Shown: piece after piece, positions 14,496-14,678 of the stretch
How positions within the stretch are numbered: position 1 is the first letter of the stretch
How the letters are laid out: every line of letters starts with the position of its first letter
Assembly (NCBI GenBank): GCA_051748045.1
Contig: JBNJGY010000046.1
Location: forward strand, 1 to 14,678
Reading direction: 5' to 3'
Source: Thermotogota bacterium
Lineage (GTDB): Bacteria > Thermotogota > Thermotogae > Petrotogales > Petrotogaceae
Length of the DNA stretch: 14,678 nucleotides
Notes under the pieces: model-generated
Told to the model about the DNA's origin: nothing
Databases searched by the model: none
Seen by the model: only the letters and a program-made list of their open reading frames with translations
Position numbers and translations under genes: made by a program

Positions 14496-14678
14496 TTAAT
14501 TGTATTTACTTAGAAAGTTTTGTATATCTTTTATAGATTGTTTTGCATGGTTTATAACTTCATTAGATGATAATTTGCCATCTTTGTTTTCATCTGCAAT
14601 TTTTATATATCGTTTTAATAATAGCTGTAAACAAATATAACTTAATTTTCTTAGTAGTTTTAATATTATTTGTTTCAT
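14496..14678 (-). CDS. small protein with a single EF-hand-like loop (start at window edge, may be incomplete)
   Basis: DENKDGKLSSNE matches Dx(D/N)xDGx(I/L)xxxE; amphipathic/hydrophobic N-terminal helix. Confidence 0.6.
   Translation of the reverse strand: MKQIILKLLRKLSYICLQLLLKRYIKIADENKDGKLSSNEVINHAKQSIKDIQNFLSKYN

Overview
Very AT-rich (roughly a quarter G+C by eye), gene-dense segment that reads as the replication/early region of a dsDNA virus or provirus with an archaeal host. The host call rests on repeated TTTATATA TATA boxes, AGGTGA Shine-Dalgarno motifs, an intein-bearing PolB, an AEP primase, an MCM-like ATPase, and RHH and winged-HTH regulators. Two gene arms diverge from a ~720-bp non-coding control/origin-like region (6059-6779). 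The left arm (- strand) encodes an RHH protein, a coiled-coil protein, a possible SSB, a membrane protein, a divergent MCM-like AAA+ ATPase, a ferredoxin-thioredoxin reductase (FTR)-like mini protein, an HNH nuclease, a Zn-finger microprotein, a PD-(D/E)xK nuclease and a DUF5664-type dATP/dGTP diphosphohydrolase that runs off the left edge. The right arm (+ strand) encodes an AEP primase, a calcineurin-like phosphoesterase, a wHTH protein, an Rnl2-like RNA ligase, Cys-rich microproteins, a compact PolB with a 358-aa intein and two more wHTH proteins. Two convergent genes (XhlA/holin-like and EF-hand) close the window. Most unusual: the spliced PolB motif C reads YRHTDS instead of YxDTDS, with altered downstream motifs. 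The control region has paired G-quadruplex-like tracts flanking a 75-bp AT palindrome. An unannotated FTR-like gene has had its end remodelled by a 22-bp tandem duplication. No capsid, terminase or integrase gene is in the window, so viral identity is inferred. All family calls are by motif recognition, not database search.
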